Source: Pontixanthobacter sp.
GTDB lineage: Bacteria > Pseudomonadota > Alphaproteobacteria > Sphingomonadales > Sphingomonadaceae
NCBI GenBank assembly: GCA_965214445.1
Contig: CBDCBU010000001.1
Coordinates: 1,235,601 to 1,299,600 of the forward strand
Reading direction: 5' to 3'
Length of the DNA: 64,000 nt
Positions 39,646-50,607 of the stretch are shown piece after piece. The position numbers were made by a program, and so were the translations under genes. Every line of letters begins with the position of its first letter. Position 1 is the stretch's first letter. The notes beneath the pieces were generated by a model, which did no database searches, was not told where the DNA came from, and saw only the letters and a program-made list of their open reading frames with translations.

Positions 39646-42372
39646 TCAGAACAGCTTGCGGATATCCAGCCCGATAAACCGGCCGACCGGGTCGATCAGG
39701 AACGGCTGGAAACCGGTCGGCGTATCGCCATCGCCGTCAGTTACCAGCCGACGACCGTCGAACACATTGTCGACCTTGGCCGAAACCCGCAGGTTCTTAA
39801 ATACGCCATCGTCCTTCTCCAGCACTTCGCCGAGATCGGCGAACAGGCGAATGTCGAACCGCGCCAGCTCGTCGATGAATAGATCGGTGCTGCCGGGCAG
39901 GCCGGAACCGTTGATGCGGGCCGGCCCGGTATAACGACCGGACAGCCGCAGCCCCAGCCCGCCCTTGAAGACTCCCCCTTCCAGCCGCGAAGTGTTCCGC
40001 GCGGTGCCGTCCGAAGTAAGGCTGTCCCCATCCAGCAGGTCAAGCCGCGGTCCACCGGGCGTTATGAGAATTTCCCGGTCGAGTTCGACCGTATGCGTGA
40101 GGTTGAGGAAGAAGCGCGCACGGTTGTCGCCATCGTCGCCGCTGAAGAAGCGCGCGGCACGACCGCTTCCGCCTCCGCGATTGCCGCCTTGCTTGGCTTC
40201 CGGCGTTTCGCAGATACGTTCGCGGAAAGCGGTCAGCCGTTCGGGATCGATGCTGCCATCTTCGTTCCGCAGGCGCCCCAGCATCCGATTGGCCAGTTCG
40301 AGATCGAGACCGGGAAATTCCTCTGAGACCGTTCCCTTGTCTATTGCCTCGATCAGCCGTTGCAGGAACGCGGCGCCATCGTCCGTGCATAATCTTTCGC
40401 GCAATACACCGAAACCGCCGCCCGGTTCGGAACCGTCGCGGTTCGGCCCGTCCGCTCCTTCCGGCCTACCGCCAGATCGCGCCCCTTCGGGACGTTCGGG
40501 AGGTTCGGGCGCCTTGCCGATCTGCCCACTGTAATTGAGGCCGAAACTCAACCGTTTGCTGCGCGTTTCAAAAAAATCGACCGGGCGCAGATCGACCGCC
40601 GTCAGCACGCCGTCCACGCGCGTGATGCGACCCGGAAACGCCGCCTCGATCTCCGGCGTCAGGAACGGGAAGGAGGATGAAACATTATCGGACCGGTTGA
40701 CCGAGTAGTTCACGTTCGCGCGCGCATCTTCCAGAAACGGCAGACGCCAGTTCGCGGAAAAACTCCAGTCGGACTGCATTTCCGCCAACAGATCGGGATT
40801 GCCGCCGGTGGTCACCTCGACCAGCCGGGTGGTGTTGTCGGTGAAATCGAATGTCGGGACGTTCAGCGTTACGATATTGGGTGCGCCAAGCTGACTGAGC
40901 GACGGTTCCTGCTCGCTGCGCGTATAAGTCATCGACACATCGAAACCGTCGAGCGGCTCCCACTGCAGGCCGAGGCTCCAGTCGAACAAGGTACCGAAGT
41001 CCGATATTTCGTTCACGCCCGCACTGGCGTTGATCCCGATCGTTCCGGCATCGGCGAGGAAGCCTTCGCGTTCGCTGGTAACCGGGACCGTGACATTCAC
41101 CCCGGCGGACAGGTTGGAACGCGACAAATCGGTAAGGAAATCGCTCCGCGTATCCTCGCTTTCGATGCCGGTATATGCGAAGCCAAGATCGAGCGTCGTC
41201 TGCAACTCTCCGGCGGGCAGGAACAGCGGACTGCCCCGAAGTGTGGCTTTGCTTTCCAGACTGTAGGCCTGACTGGTCGCAATCGCCACATCGTCGCGCG
41301 CGACCGGGGGTAGGACCCCTCGAATATCGAACAAGCCGCCCGCCGCATCCAGCACCAATTGTCGAGCATCGGCGCGCTGATCGATCTGCGTGGTCGTATC
41401 GGAATAGGTCGCGTCGACCGTCGCGGTCAGGATGAAATCCCCCAAGGGCCGGTTATAGCTGCCGGCGCTGGAGATACTGTCGCTGACGATATTCCGCCGC
41501 AGGGGATCGTCGGGGTTCAGCACTCGCAACACCCTGTCTCCGCCCGCCGTCAGCAGGATCGTATCGAGGCCGGACAGGCTCTCGCTTTCGCTGCGTTCGT
41601 AGGTGGCGTTGAGGCTGATCGAACTGCCGCTGTCGATGAACGCCTTTGCGTAATTGACCGACGCTTCATATTCCACGCTGTCGGCGATCAATGTGCGAAA
41701 TGCGGCAATGTCCGGATCGGTCGCAATGCGGGACGTGCCATCATCCGTCTGTATGATGTCGCGCTCCGCTTCCGTCAGGGCGGTGGTGTCTTCGCGTTCC
41801 AGATTGACGTTCAACCGGCCGCCGCCGGTAATTTTGAGCAGCGTCGCTTCCTGTTCGTTGAACGAATAGCCGCCCCGGTCGGGCTGTTCATATTCCACCT
41901 CCAGCGTAACGGCGGAATAATCGTCCTTCAGGATAAAATTGACGACGCGGCGCGTCGGCGGAAAACCGAATTTCTGCGCCACCTCTTCGGGCAACACTTC
42001 GACCTTGGCGATGGCTTCTGGCGGGTAGGACCGGAATTCGCGGAAGCTGCCGATACGAACGCCGTTGATAAGGAACACCGGGCGGCCGCCCCGCCCGCGA
42101 TTGGAACTGGTCTGCGGTTCCAGCGCGACCAGCAGATCCTCGATCGATCCGGCGCCATAGGCGGCGATATCCTCCTCGCCCAGTTCCAGGATGGGCGCGA
42201 GATCGGTATCGACCTGGCCCCGCAGACGTTCCGCGCGAACCACGATGGTTTCGTTTGCCACCGTTTCCTCATCCTCGTCCTGCGCTATGGTGGTAGCCGG
42301 AATGGTAGCCGCGCACAGGGCAATGGCGGCGCAGGATGCGTGCGAGGCAATACGGGGCGCGGTTCGGATCAT
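39646..42372 (-). CDS. TonB-dependent receptor with a large internal insertion
   Basis: Signal peptide from ATG 42372 (MIRTAPRIA...TIAQ), TonB-box-like ETIVV, plug region (FLINGVRI...VEVLPE) and terminal ...GLDIRKLF. About 135 aa of non-barrel insert at 40117-40521. Confidence 0.85.
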   Translation of the reverse strand: MIRTAPRIASHASCAAIALCAATIPATTIAQDEDEETVANETIVVRAERLRGQVDTDLAPILELGEEDIAAYGAGSIEDLLVALEPQTSSNRGRGGRPVFLINGVRIGSFREFRSYPPEAIAKVEVLPEEVAQKFGFPPTRRVVNFILKDDYSAVTLEVEYEQPDRGGYSFNEQEATLLKITGGGRLNVNLEREDTTALTEAERDIIQTDDGTSRIATDPDIAAFRTLIADSVEYEASVNYAKAFIDSGSSISLNATYERSESESLSGLDTILLTAGGDRVLRVLNPDDPLRRNIVSDSISSAGSYNRPLGDFILTATVDATYSDTTTQIDQRADARQLVLDAAGGLFDIRGVLPPVARDDVAIATSQAYSLESKATLRGSPLFLPAGELQTTLDLGFAYTGIESEDTRSDFLTDLSRSNLSAGVNVTVPVTSEREGFLADAGTIGINASAGVNEISDFGTLFDWSLGLQWEPLDGFDVSMTYTRSEQEPSLSQLGAPNIVTLNVPTFDFTDNTTRLVEVTTGGNPDLLAEMQSDWSFSANWRLPFLEDARANVNYSVNRSDNVSSSFPFLTPEIEAAFPGRITRVDGVLTAVDLRPVDFFETRSKRLSFGLNYSGQIGKAPEPPERPEGARSGGRPEGADGPNRDGSEPGGGFGVLRERLCTDDGAAFLQRLIEAIDKGTVSEEFPGLDLELANRMLGRLRNEDGSIDPERLTAFRERICETPEAKQGGNRGGGSGRAARFFSGDDGDNRARFFLNLTHTVELDREILITPGGPRLDLLDGDSLTSDGTARNTSRLEGGVFKGGLGLRLSGRYTGPARINGSGLPGSTDLFIDELARFDIRLFADLGEVLEKDDGVFKNLRVSAKVDNVFDGRRLVTDGDGDTPTGFQPFLIDPVGRFIGLDIRKLF

Positions 42373-42523
42373 TCGATCGGGCTTTCGAGACAGGGGATTT
42401 CTGGCGCTCTCGGCCTCCCGACATGAGTGCATGCTGACTATACCGCTCAGGCTTTCCTTTTATCCCGCGCGCACCTATATGCGCCCCACCCTACCCGACG
42501 AACGACATGGAACACGGAACTTT

Positions 42524-42781
42524 ATGGCCAAAGAAGAACTCCTCGAAATGCGCGGCAAGGTGGTGGAACTGCTGCCCAATGCGATGTTCCGGGTGGAGCT
42601 TGAAAATGGCCATGAGGTTCTGGGTCATACGGCGGGCAAGATGCGCAAGAACCGCATCCGCGTACTGGTCGGTGACGAAGTTCTGTGCGAACTGACGCCC
42701 TACGACCTGACCAAGGCGCGCATTACCTACCGTTTCATGCCGGGGCGCGGTGGCCCTGGTCAGGGTCCGGGACCGACTTAA
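42524..42781 (+). CDS. infA: Translation initiation factor IF-1
   Basis: [48 protein letters not shown]..., plus a Gly/Pro-rich 13-aa tail. Confidence 0.95.
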   Translation: MAKEELLEMRGKVVELLPNAMFRVELENGHEVLGHTAGKMRKNRIRVLVGDEVLCELTPYDLTKARITYRFMPGRGGPGQGPGPT

Positions 42782-42788
42782 GGCCCGG

Positions 42789-43382
42789 ATGGTCGCGGGC
42801 ATGGATGCGCCGCCCGATCGCAAACTCGTTCTGGCATCGGCCAGCCCGCGCCGGCTGGCATTGCTGGGCCGGATTGGCATCGTACCCGATGCGTTGCTGC
42901 CTTCCGACATCGACGAGACCGCCGGCAAAGGTGAACTGCCGCGCGACTACGCGCTCAGAATGGGGCGCGAGAAGGCGATGGCCTGCGCCGCGGCGGGATA
43001 TGTCATGGCCGGCGACACGGTCGTTGCGGTCGGGCGACGCATCCTTCCCAAGGCCGATACGCGCGAAGAGGCCGAACGCTGCCTCCAGCTTCTGTCCGGG
43101 CGTCGCCACAGCGTCTATTCCAGCATCGTCCTGCGGCATCCCGATGGGTCCCTTCGGCACAAGTTGAGCGAAACGGTGGTCCAGTTCAAGCGGCTGGAAG
43201 CACCTGAAATTTCGGACTATTGCGATGGCGACGAATGGCGGGGCAAGGCGGGTGGCTACGCGATCCAGGGGGCGGCGGAGGGATTGATCCGCAGCATCCG
43301 GGGCAGCCATTCGGGGGTTATGGGCCTGCCGTTGTATGAAACGCGGCTGCTGCTGAAGGCCGCAGGCTTCGCCCTTGGCTGA
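42789..43382 (+). CDS. maf: Maf family nucleoside triphosphate pyrophosphatase
   Basis: LVLASASPRRLALL and GGYAIQG blocks. ATG at 42789. Confidence 0.87.
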   Translation: MVAGMDAPPDRKLVLASASPRRLALLGRIGIVPDALLPSDIDETAGKGELPRDYALRMGREKAMACAAAGYVMAGDTVVAVGRRILPKADTREEAERCLQLLSGRRHSVYSSIVLRHPDGSLRHKLSETVVQFKRLEAPEISDYCDGDEWRGKAGGYAIQGAAEGLIRSIRGSHSGVMGLPLYETRLLLKAAGFALG

Positions 43383-44346
43383 ATGGCTGATCGAGGAAGG
43401 GATCGGCGAACATCGGGCGATCCGGACGGAAGGGGCGGATATCGCAGCATCGCGTATCTGGTGGCCCGGCGAGATCGCCGCGGGCCACGTCCACGAGGCC
43501 GTGATTGCTCACCGACAATCGGGAAGCGCGCGCGCGACGGCGCATATCGCGGATGGCCGGACGGTCCTGCTCGACAAACTGCCCGCCGCGCTCACCGAAG
43601 GATCGCGCTGCTGCGTCGCGATCACGCGCGGCGCCATTGCAGAGCGGGGGCGGCTGAAACTTCCGCTCGGCAAACTCAGCCACGACACGCCCAGCCAGCC
43701 CGACCTTGCCTGTATGCTGCGCGAGGAAGGGCACTGCGTGCAAACCGTTCGGCGCTTTCCGGTCGCGGTATGGGACGAATTGATCGGAGGGGCCATGGAC
43801 CGATCGATCGCTTTTTCGGGCGGTCAACTGCTGATCGATCCGACGCCGGCCATGACGGTGATCGATATAGACGGTGGCGTCGACACGCGCCTTTTGTCCA
43901 TGGCGGCGGTCGCGCCGATTGCCGCCATGCTGCGCCGCTTCGATATGGGCGGCGTCGTCGGCATCGATTTCCCGACGATTTCCAGCAAATCCATTCGCCG
44001 CGAAGTGGACGCCGCCCTAGGCGAAGCGCTGGCCGACTGGCCGCATGAACGTACCGCGATGAATGGTTTCGGCTTTGTGCAGATCGTCGCAAGGCTCATG
44101 CGACCGTCGCTGTTCCATCGTGCTGCCCATGCCGGCAAGGGGATGCTGGTGCGACAGCTGCTACGGCGCGCGGAGCATGAGGAGGGACCAGGGGCATTGC
44201 TGCTAACGATGCATCCGATGCTCCAAACGTTCTTGGAACCGGACTGGATCGACGCGCTTGTCCGCAGAACGGGCCGGATCGTGCGCATCGCAACGGACGA
44301 CGATCTCGCACTGGAGGGTGCATTTTGCCAGGCTGTTTCTATATGA
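43375..44346 (+). CDS. Short RNase E/G-like protein
   Basis: 323 aa. VIDIDGG and VVGIDFP resemble the RNase E/G catalytic-core acidic motifs. Overlaps maf by 8 nt. Confidence 0.7.
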   Translation: MAEWLIEEGIGEHRAIRTEGADIAASRIWWPGEIAAGHVHEAVIAHRQSGSARATAHIADGRTVLLDKLPAALTEGSRCCVAITRGAIAERGRLKLPLGKLSHDTPSQPDLACMLREEGHCVQTVRRFPVAVWDELIGGAMDRSIAFSGGQLLIDPTPAMTVIDIDGGVDTRLLSMAAVAPIAAMLRRFDMGGVVGIDFPTISSKSIRREVDAALGEALADWPHERTAMNGFGFVQIVARLMRPSLFHRAAHAGKGMLVRQLLRRAEHEEGPGALLLTMHPMLQTFLEPDWIDALVRRTGRIVRIATDDDLALEGAFCQAVSI

Positions 44347-44356
44347 ACCGCTGGTC

Positions 44357-44542
44357 ATGAACACGACAACCCGCCCCTGCCCGATCTGCAAGAAGCCGCG
44401 CGCGGCTGAATTCGCGCCATTCTGTTCGCAAAGGTGCCGCGACCGCGACCTGCATCGATGGTTCAGCGACGACTATGCCGTTCCCGGCCGCCCCGCCTCG
44501 CACGACGAGCTCGCGTGCGACGATTGGCCGACGCAGGACTAG
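44357..44542 (+). CDS. yacG: DNA gyrase inhibitor YacG (zinc finger)
   Basis: 61 aa, CPICKKP...FCSQRCRDRDLHRW. Confidence 0.85.
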   Translation: MNTTTRPCPICKKPRAAEFAPFCSQRCRDRDLHRWFSDDYAVPGRPASHDELACDDWPTQD

Positions 44543-44646
44543 AGAACGCAGTATCGCAACGCGTTTTCCCGCTTGCCAATTCCGCGGGCCTTGTTCATAG
44601 CGCCGCTTCCAACCCGGATGCCGGACCGTCGGCATGCCGGCGCTGT

Positions 44647-44719
44647 GCCCGGATAGCTCAGTTGGTAGAGCACACGATTGAAAATCGTGGTGTCGGCAGT
44701 TCGAATCTGCCTCTGGGCA
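44647..44719 (+). tRNA. tRNA-Phe (GAA)
   Basis: Hand-folded cloverleaf. Acceptor GCCCGGA/TCTGGGC, D arm GCTC/GAGC, anticodon arm CACGA-TTGAAAA-TCGTG, T arm GGCAG-TTCGAAT-CTGCC, discriminator A. CCA is not encoded. A T-run follows. Confidence 0.93.
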
Positions 44720-44746
44720 CCTTTTTTCCCGTTTCGTGAACGACGT

Positions 44747-45658
44747 TCAGACCGAACGGTCGGACTTGTCGCGCGCGTTGCTGCCCTTGATCTTGTCGCG
44801 CATTTGGCCCCATTCCTCGTCGCCAAGTCCTCTCAGCGCTTCGTAGAAGTTGCCGCCGGTCGCCTGATAGCCAGCGCCATCGATCGCAATGGTCTGGCCA
44901 TTGATCCATGCGGCGCCCGGACCAATGAGGAACACGGAGAGATTGGCCAGTTCGTGCATTTCGCCGTGCCGCCCCATCGGGTTGCTTGCCGTATCCGCAT
45001 TATCGCCCCTGCCATCGGGCGCGAGCCGGGCATTCATACCCTCGGTCGGGAATAGCCCGGGGGCGATCGCATTGAACCGCAGGCCATACCGCCCCCATTC
45101 CACCGCCAGGCTCTGAGTCATGGTATTGATCGCCGATTTCGACATGGCGGAAGGGACGACGAACGGCCCCCCATTCCACACCCAGGTGGTCAGGATCGAC
45201 AGGAAGCTCGCCTGCGCACCCTTTTCGATCAGCCGCTTGCCAATGGTGTGTGTCACGTAGAACGTGCCCCGAAAAACCGTATCGGCAATCGCGTTGAATC
45301 CGTTCAAGGACAGGTCCTCAGTCCGGCTGACGAAATTGCCGGCCGCGTTGTTGACTACGCCGGTCGGCGGGCCGCCATGGTCCCACACCGCATCGACCAT
45401 CGCCTGAACATTATCCGCATCGCGAATGTCGCAGACATGACCGACGACCGTGCCGCCGTGCCGGGTCATCAGCGCATCGGCGGTTTCGTCCAGCCTGTTC
45501 TGCCGCCGCCCGCAGATGTGGACCGTAGCACCCAGCTTTAAAAACGCTTCGCTCATCACCCGGCCCAGACCCGTGCCGCCGCCGGTCACCAGAATACGCT
45601 GACCATCCAGCAGACCGTCGCGAAACATCAGCTTATCGATATCCATGGGCGGCATCAT
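44747..45658 (-). CDS. SDR family oxidoreductase (2,4-dienoyl-CoA-reductase-like)
   Basis: C-terminal 303 aa of tracked ORF 44747..46636. ILVTGGGTGLG Rossmann motif. The upstream part of the ORF is antisense to purC. Confidence 0.85.
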   Translation of the reverse strand: MMPPMDIDKLMFRDGLLDGQRILVTGGGTGLGRVMSEAFLKLGATVHICGRRQNRLDETADALMTRHGGTVVGHVCDIRDADNVQAMVDAVWDHGGPPTGVVNNAAGNFVSRTEDLSLNGFNAIADTVFRGTFYVTHTIGKRLIEKGAQASFLSILTTWVWNGGPFVVPSAMSKSAINTMTQSLAVEWGRYGLRFNAIAPGLFPTEGMNARLAPDGRGDNADTASNPMGRHGEMHELANLSVFLIGPGAAWINGQTIAIDGAGYQATGGNFYEALRGLGDEEWGQMRDKIKGSNARDKSDRSV

Positions 45659-45802
45659 GGCCGCTTGTCCGCACCCGCGCAACGAAACATTCGGGCCGGT
45701 TCGATTGCGCTTGCCCACGGCGGCGGATAAGGCGACGGCACGTCCCGCGCCAACTTTCGGCCTACTGCTTTCGGACGCAGCATTTCGACAAGGAAACATC
45801 CT

Positions 45803-46603
45803 ATGGCCCGTCGCCGCCAGATCTACGAAGGCAAAGCGAAAATCCTGTATGAAGGGCCCGAACCCGGCACGATCATCCAGTATTTCAAGGACGATGCGAC
45901 CGCGTTCAATGCGCAGAAGAAGGGTACGATCAACGGCAAGGGCGTAATCAACAACCGGATCAGCGAATTCGTCTTCACCCGCCTGTCGCATATCGGCGTG
46001 CCGACCCATTTCATCCGCCGCCTGAACATGCGCGAACAACTCGTCCGGCAGGTGGAAATCATTCCCGTAGAGGTCATCGTCCGTAACGTCGCGGCAGGCT
46101 CCATCTGCAAGCGTCTGGGTCTGGAGGAAGGCGAAGCACTGCCGCATACATTGATCGAATATTGCTACAAGGACGACGCGCTGGGCGATCCGCTGGTTGG
46201 GGAAGAGCACATCGCCTGTTTCAACTGGGCCAGTCAGGAGGAAATGCAGGACATCGCCAGCATGGCGATCCGGGTGAACGACTTCCTGTCGGGCATGTTC
46301 GCGGCGGTCGATATCCGCCTCGTCGACTTCAAGCTGGAATTCGGCCGCCTGTACGATGGCGATTTCAGCCGCGTCATCCTGGCCGACGAAATAAGCCCCG
46401 ACGGCTGCCGCTTGTGGGACATGAAGACCAACGAGAAGCTGGATAAGGATCGCTTCCGCCGCGACATGGGCGGGGAAGAGCAAGCCTACCAGGAAGTCGC
46501 TCGACGGCTGGGCATCCTCAATCACGAGGATAACGGTCCGGGCGAAGTGCTGGACATGAGTGCGCATCGCGGAAAGATGCGGGATGTAAAGCCCAAGAAA
46601 TAG
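45803..46603 (+). CDS. purC: Phosphoribosylaminoimidazole-succinocarboxamide synthase
   Basis: [23 protein letters not shown]..., 266 aa. Confidence 0.95.
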   Translation: MARRRQIYEGKAKILYEGPEPGTIIQYFKDDATAFNAQKKGTINGKGVINNRISEFVFTRLSHIGVPTHFIRRLNMREQLVRQVEIIPVEVIVRNVAAGSICKRLGLEEGEALPHTLIEYCYKDDALGDPLVGEEHIACFNWASQEEMQDIASMAIRVNDFLSGMFAAVDIRLVDFKLEFGRLYDGDFSRVILADEISPDGCRLWDMKTNEKLDKDRFRRDMGGEEQAYQEVARRLGILNHEDNGPGEVLDMSAHRGKMRDVKPKK

Positions 46604-46645
46604 GCTGCTGTTGCATGGCGCGCGTCGCATGTGCATGACGGCCGC

Positions 46646-49582
46646 ATGATTTCACGACCGATCGACCGCCCTGCCATGGCCTTGCTGGCGACCACCGCAC
46701 TCGCTTCGCTTCTGACGCCGAGCCTTGCTGCCCGGGAGACGACGACACCGGAAGTCCTAAGGACACCGATCGCCGCCGAAAGCGCGGTGGCGCCGACGCG
46801 CGGGTGGAACGCGGCCGACTGGGAACTGGAAGACAGCGATTTTACGCCCGAAGACGGCTGGGTATTCGGCATGCTGGACAACGGTATGCGTTATATCATA
46901 CGCGCGAACGACCGGCCGGAAGGCACCGCGCTCATCCGCATGATCGTGAAGACCGGGTCGATCGACGAGCGGGAGGATGAGCGCGGCTTCGCCCATTACG
47001 TCGAGCACATGGCTTTCAACGGATCGCGCAACGTTCCAGAAGGCGAGATGGTCAAGCTGCTGGAACGCGAAGGCCTGGCATTCGGCGCGGACACCAACGC
47101 ATCGACCGGTTTCGACCGGACCGAATACAAGCTGGACCTGCCCCGTGCGGATCCGGACCTCGTCGACACCGCGCTGATGCTGATGCGCGAAACCGCCGGC
47201 GAACTTACCATCGCACAGGATGCGGTGGATCGCGAACGCGGAGTGATCCTGTCAGAACGTCGGGTGCGGAACAATTACGCGTTGAAAAATGTGGTGGACT
47301 CGCTGGAATTCGCCTTTCCGCAATCGCGCCTGAAGGATCGTCTGCCGATCGGTACGGCGGAAACTCTGGAAGCGGCGGATGCGGCGGGGCTTCGCGCATT
47401 CTACGAACGCGAATATGTACCCGCCGACACGGTGCTGATAGTGGTCGGCGATATCGACCCCGCCGCGGTCGAGGCGGGCGTCCGGTCGCGTTTCGCCGAT
47501 TGGCAGGCAGGCCCGTCTCTAGAACAGGCGGACGCGGGCCCGGTCGATCCCGAAGATGCGGACCGGACCGATATCTATATCGATCCCGCGCTTACCGAAA
47601 GCGTCGCGATCATGCGGCATGGGGAATATATCGACCGTCCCGACACGGTCGCGGAGCGGCGACTCAACACGCTGCGCGGTCTGGCGGGCGGTATCGTCGG
47701 GCGCCGCCTGCAACGGATCATGCGCGACGAGACGCCGCCGTTCCGCGGGGCCAGCCTCTCGACCGGCGATTTCTTCGAAGAGGCCCGCACGACGCAGATC
47801 AGCGCGAGTAGCGAAGAAGGCAAATGGCGCGGGGCGGTTACCGCGGCGGTCGCGGAGTACAAGCGCGCTATCGAACATGGCTTCACGCAGGCCGAATTGA
47901 CCGAACAGATCACCAACCGGCGGCAGGGTCTGAAGAACAGCGTCGCCAACCTCGCCACGCGCAGCAATGCGGCATTCGTGGGTCAGGCGGCGCAGATCGC
48001 GAATGGCAATTTCGTCCCCGACGGCCCGGAACGCCAGTTGGAACGGTTCGAAGCGGCGGTAGCAGATGCCACGCCCGAAACCGTATGGCAGGCCTGGCGC
48101 GACGAAGCCGTCGCCCTCGACGAACCGCTCATTCGCTTCACCGGCAAGACGGCGCCGGAAGGGGGGGCGGAGGCCTTGCGCGATGCGGTGCAGACCGCAT
48201 TCCGGCAGGAAGTCGGCCCGCCACAAGATTTCAGCGCCGCGGATTTCGCCTATGCGGATTTCGGCGCGCCTGGCGAGATCATGAGCGATACGGTGACGGA
48301 GGATTACGGCATTCGCACGCTGCGTTTCGCGAACGGCGTCATGCTCAATCTCAAGACCACGCAGCTTTCGGCGGACCGGGTCAGCGTCCGCGTCGGCATC
48401 GATGGCGGACGGCTGCTGGAGACACGCGACAACCCGCTCGCCAACGCGCTGGTGCCGCTGCTGACACGTGGCGGCTTGGGCCGGCACAGTTCGGACGAAC
48501 TGCAATCGGTGCTGGCAGGACGCGCGGTAGGCGGATCGCTATCCACCGCCGACGACCGCTACATCGCTGCATCCGATACCACGCCCCGCGATCTGGAACT
48601 GCAGCTGCAGCTGCTCGCCGCCTATGTGACCGATCCGGGTTACCGGGCGGAAGGTCTGGGCGCTTGGCGCAATGGGCTGGCGGATTTCTACGCCCGGATC
48701 GGCAAGACCCCCGGTTCCGCCTATGGTGAAGCGCGCATGCCGCGACTGACAGACGACGATCCGCGCTATGTCCGCCCCCCGATCGAGACTTTCGCGGGAA
48801 TGGATTACGACCAGCTGGAAAGCAATATTTCCGACCGGCTGGAGAACGGAGCGATCGAGATCGCCATCGTCGGCGACTTCGATGAAGCGAAGGCGATCGA
48901 CTTCGTCGCGCGTACGTTCGGCGCGCTGCCTCCGCGCGAGACGACGTTTCGCGACTATGACGATGCGCGGCGCACGCTGCCGTTCACACAGGATCGATCG
49001 TCCGTTACTGTAACCCACGATGGGGAAGCCGATCAGGCGATGGTCCGGTTCATCTGGCCGACCACCGACGACAGCGACTGGGCCGAAACGTCCCAGCTCA
49101 ACCTGCTGGCCCGCGTGGTCCGGCTTCAGCTGACGGAGAAGCTGCGCGAAGAGTTGGGGGAGACCTATTCGGTGACGAGTTCGAGCAGCCTGAGTTCCCG
49201 CTTCACGGATTTCGGCACGTTCGAAATCGGGGCTTCGGTCGATGTGGGACAAATCGATACGGTGAAGAACGCGCTCGACGCGGTGATTGCCGACATGCGG
49301 CGCGACGTTCCCGATGACGATCTGATGACCCGCGCCCGGCAGCCGATCTACGAAGCGATCGACAACCGGTTGAAAACCAACGGCAGCTGGATGGACATCG
49401 TGGGCGATGCGCAATCGAACCCGGAAGACCTCGAACGGTTCAAGACCGCCCGCGCGCGCTATGCTGCCATCACTCCGGACGATATGCTGGCGAAGGCCAG
49501 GCAGTATCTGGTGCCCGGCGAAGCGGTGCGGTTCACCGTGCTGCCCCGCACGAATGCGGCCATTAATTCCACCGGGCCATAG
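46646..49582 (+). CDS. M16 family (insulinase-like) zinc peptidase, two-domain
   Basis: HxxEH motif in FAHYVEHMAFNGS. Signal-like N-terminus. About 980 aa. Start uncertain (46646 or 46676). Confidence 0.85.
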   Translation: MISRPIDRPAMALLATTALASLLTPSLAARETTTPEVLRTPIAAESAVAPTRGWNAADWELEDSDFTPEDGWVFGMLDNGMRYIIRANDRPEGTALIRMIVKTGSIDEREDERGFAHYVEHMAFNGSRNVPEGEMVKLLEREGLAFGADTNASTGFDRTEYKLDLPRADPDLVDTALMLMRETAGELTIAQDAVDRERGVILSERRVRNNYALKNVVDSLEFAFPQSRLKDRLPIGTAETLEAADAAGLRAFYEREYVPADTVLIVVGDIDPAAVEAGVRSRFADWQAGPSLEQADAGPVDPEDADRTDIYIDPALTESVAIMRHGEYIDRPDTVAERRLNTLRGLAGGIVGRRLQRIMRDETPPFRGASLSTGDFFEEARTTQISASSEEGKWRGAVTAAVAEYKRAIEHGFTQAELTEQITNRRQGLKNSVANLATRSNAAFVGQAAQIANGNFVPDGPERQLERFEAAVADATPETVWQAWRDEAVALDEPLIRFTGKTAPEGGAEALRDAVQTAFRQEVGPPQDFSAADFAYADFGAPGEIMSDTVTEDYGIRTLRFANGVMLNLKTTQLSADRVSVRVGIDGGRLLETRDNPLANALVPLLTRGGLGRHSSDELQSVLAGRAVGGSLSTADDRYIAASDTTPRDLELQLQLLAAYVTDPGYRAEGLGAWRNGLADFYARIGKTPGSAYGEARMPRLTDDDPRYVRPPIETFAGMDYDQLESNISDRLENGAIEIAIVGDFDEAKAIDFVARTFGALPPRETTFRDYDDARRTLPFTQDRSSVTVTHDGEADQAMVRFIWPTTDDSDWAETSQLNLLARVVRLQLTEKLREELGETYSVTSSSSLSSRFTDFGTFEIGASVDVGQIDTVKNALDAVIADMRRDVPDDDLMTRARQPIYEAIDNRLKTNGSWMDIVGDAQSNPEDLERFKTARARYAAITPDDMLAKARQYLVPGEAVRFTVLPRTNAAINSTGP

Positions 49583-49662
49583 GCCAACACCTTGCCCGAT
49601 ACCCCGGGCAACGCCATAGGCTGTCCAGGCCCGACATGTCAGGACAGGCAGGACATTCCGTG

Positions 49663-49914
49663 ATGAAGATTCGTATTACCGTCTCGCTAAAACCGGGGGT
49701 ACTCGATTCCGAAGGGCGGGCGATCCATCACAAGCTGGAGAATCTCGGCTTTTCTGGCGTGAACGATGTCCGGTCCGGCAAAATCATCGAACTGGATGTC
49801 GGTAACGCGACAAGCGACGACGATCTCGATGCGATGTGCCGCAAGCTTCTGGCCAATACCGTAATCGAGAATTACCGGATCGAGCGCGTCGAACCGGAAA
49901 CGGCGCGAGGCTGA
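49663..49914 (+). CDS. purS: Phosphoribosylformylglycinamidine synthase subunit PurS
   Basis: [21 protein letters not shown]... ATG at 49663 preferred over 49636. Confidence 0.88.
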   Translation: MKIRITVSLKPGVLDSEGRAIHHKLENLGFSGVNDVRSGKIIELDVGNATSDDDLDAMCRKLLANTVIENYRIERVEPETARG

Positions 49915-49919
49915 CGGTC

Positions 49920-50591
49920 ATGCGTTGTGCCGTCATTACCTTTCCCGGATCGAACTGCGACCGCGACATGGCGGTCGCGTTGCACAGCGTCACCGGCACA
50001 GCGCCGTTGCGCGTCTGGCATGATGATGCGCAGTTGCCCGAACGGCTCGACTTTATCGCGGTACCGGGCGGTTTTTCCTATGGCGATTACCTGCGTTCCG
50101 GCGCGATGGCAGCCCGCAGCGCGGTGATGAAAGCGGTTATCGCCGCGGCGGAACGCGGCGTGCCGGTGCTGGGCGTATGCAACGGTTTCCAGATCCTGAC
50201 CGAATGCGGCCTGCTGCCGGGCGCGCTGATGCGCAATGCCGATCAACGGTTCATCTGCCGCACGGCGCGGCTGCGGGTGGAGACCACGGATACGATCTTT
50301 ACCCGCGCCTATGCCGGAAGGGACGTTATCGATATTCCAGTCGCCCATCACGACGGCAATTATTACGCCGACAACGATACGCTGGACCGGATCGAGGGGA
50401 ACGGGCGCGTGGTTTTCCGCTATACCGACAATGTGAACGGATCGCGTAACGACATTGCCGGTATCGTCAACGAAACCGGCAACGTGCTCGGCATGATGCC
50501 GCACCCCGAACGCGCCGTCGATCCGGTGCATGGCGGAACCGATGGGCGCGGTCTGTTCGAAGGGGCGCTGCGGCAACTTACCGCGGCCTGA
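49920..50591 (+). CDS. purQ: Phosphoribosylformylglycinamidine synthase subunit PurQ
   Basis: [34 protein letters not shown] and MPHPER blocks. Confidence 0.93.
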   Translation: MRCAVITFPGSNCDRDMAVALHSVTGTAPLRVWHDDAQLPERLDFIAVPGGFSYGDYLRSGAMAARSAVMKAVIAAAERGVPVLGVCNGFQILTECGLLPGALMRNADQRFICRTARLRVETTDTIFTRAYAGRDVIDIPVAHHDGNYYADNDTLDRIEGNGRVVFRYTDNVNGSRNDIAGIVNETGNVLGMMPHPERAVDPVHGGTDGRGLFEGALRQLTAA

Positions 50592-50607
50592 CCGGCACTC
50601 GAACGTG

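Noticed and set aside
42373-42523. Cobalamin or other riboswitch upstream of the TonB-dependent receptor
   Set aside because: Only ~150 nt are shared with the divergent infA promoter, with no B12-box-like sequence. That is too short for a cobalamin aptamer plus expression platform.
44647-44746. tRNA-Phe as a genomic-island integration site
   Set aside because: There is no integrase, no direct repeat of the tRNA 3' end and no compositional break downstream. The next gene is an ordinary SDR convergent on the tRNA.
45659-46636. N-terminal 326 aa of the 629-aa - strand ORF 44747..46636
   Set aside because: This part is antisense to purC. The SDR proper begins at MMPPMDIDKL... (45658), just before its Rossmann motif.
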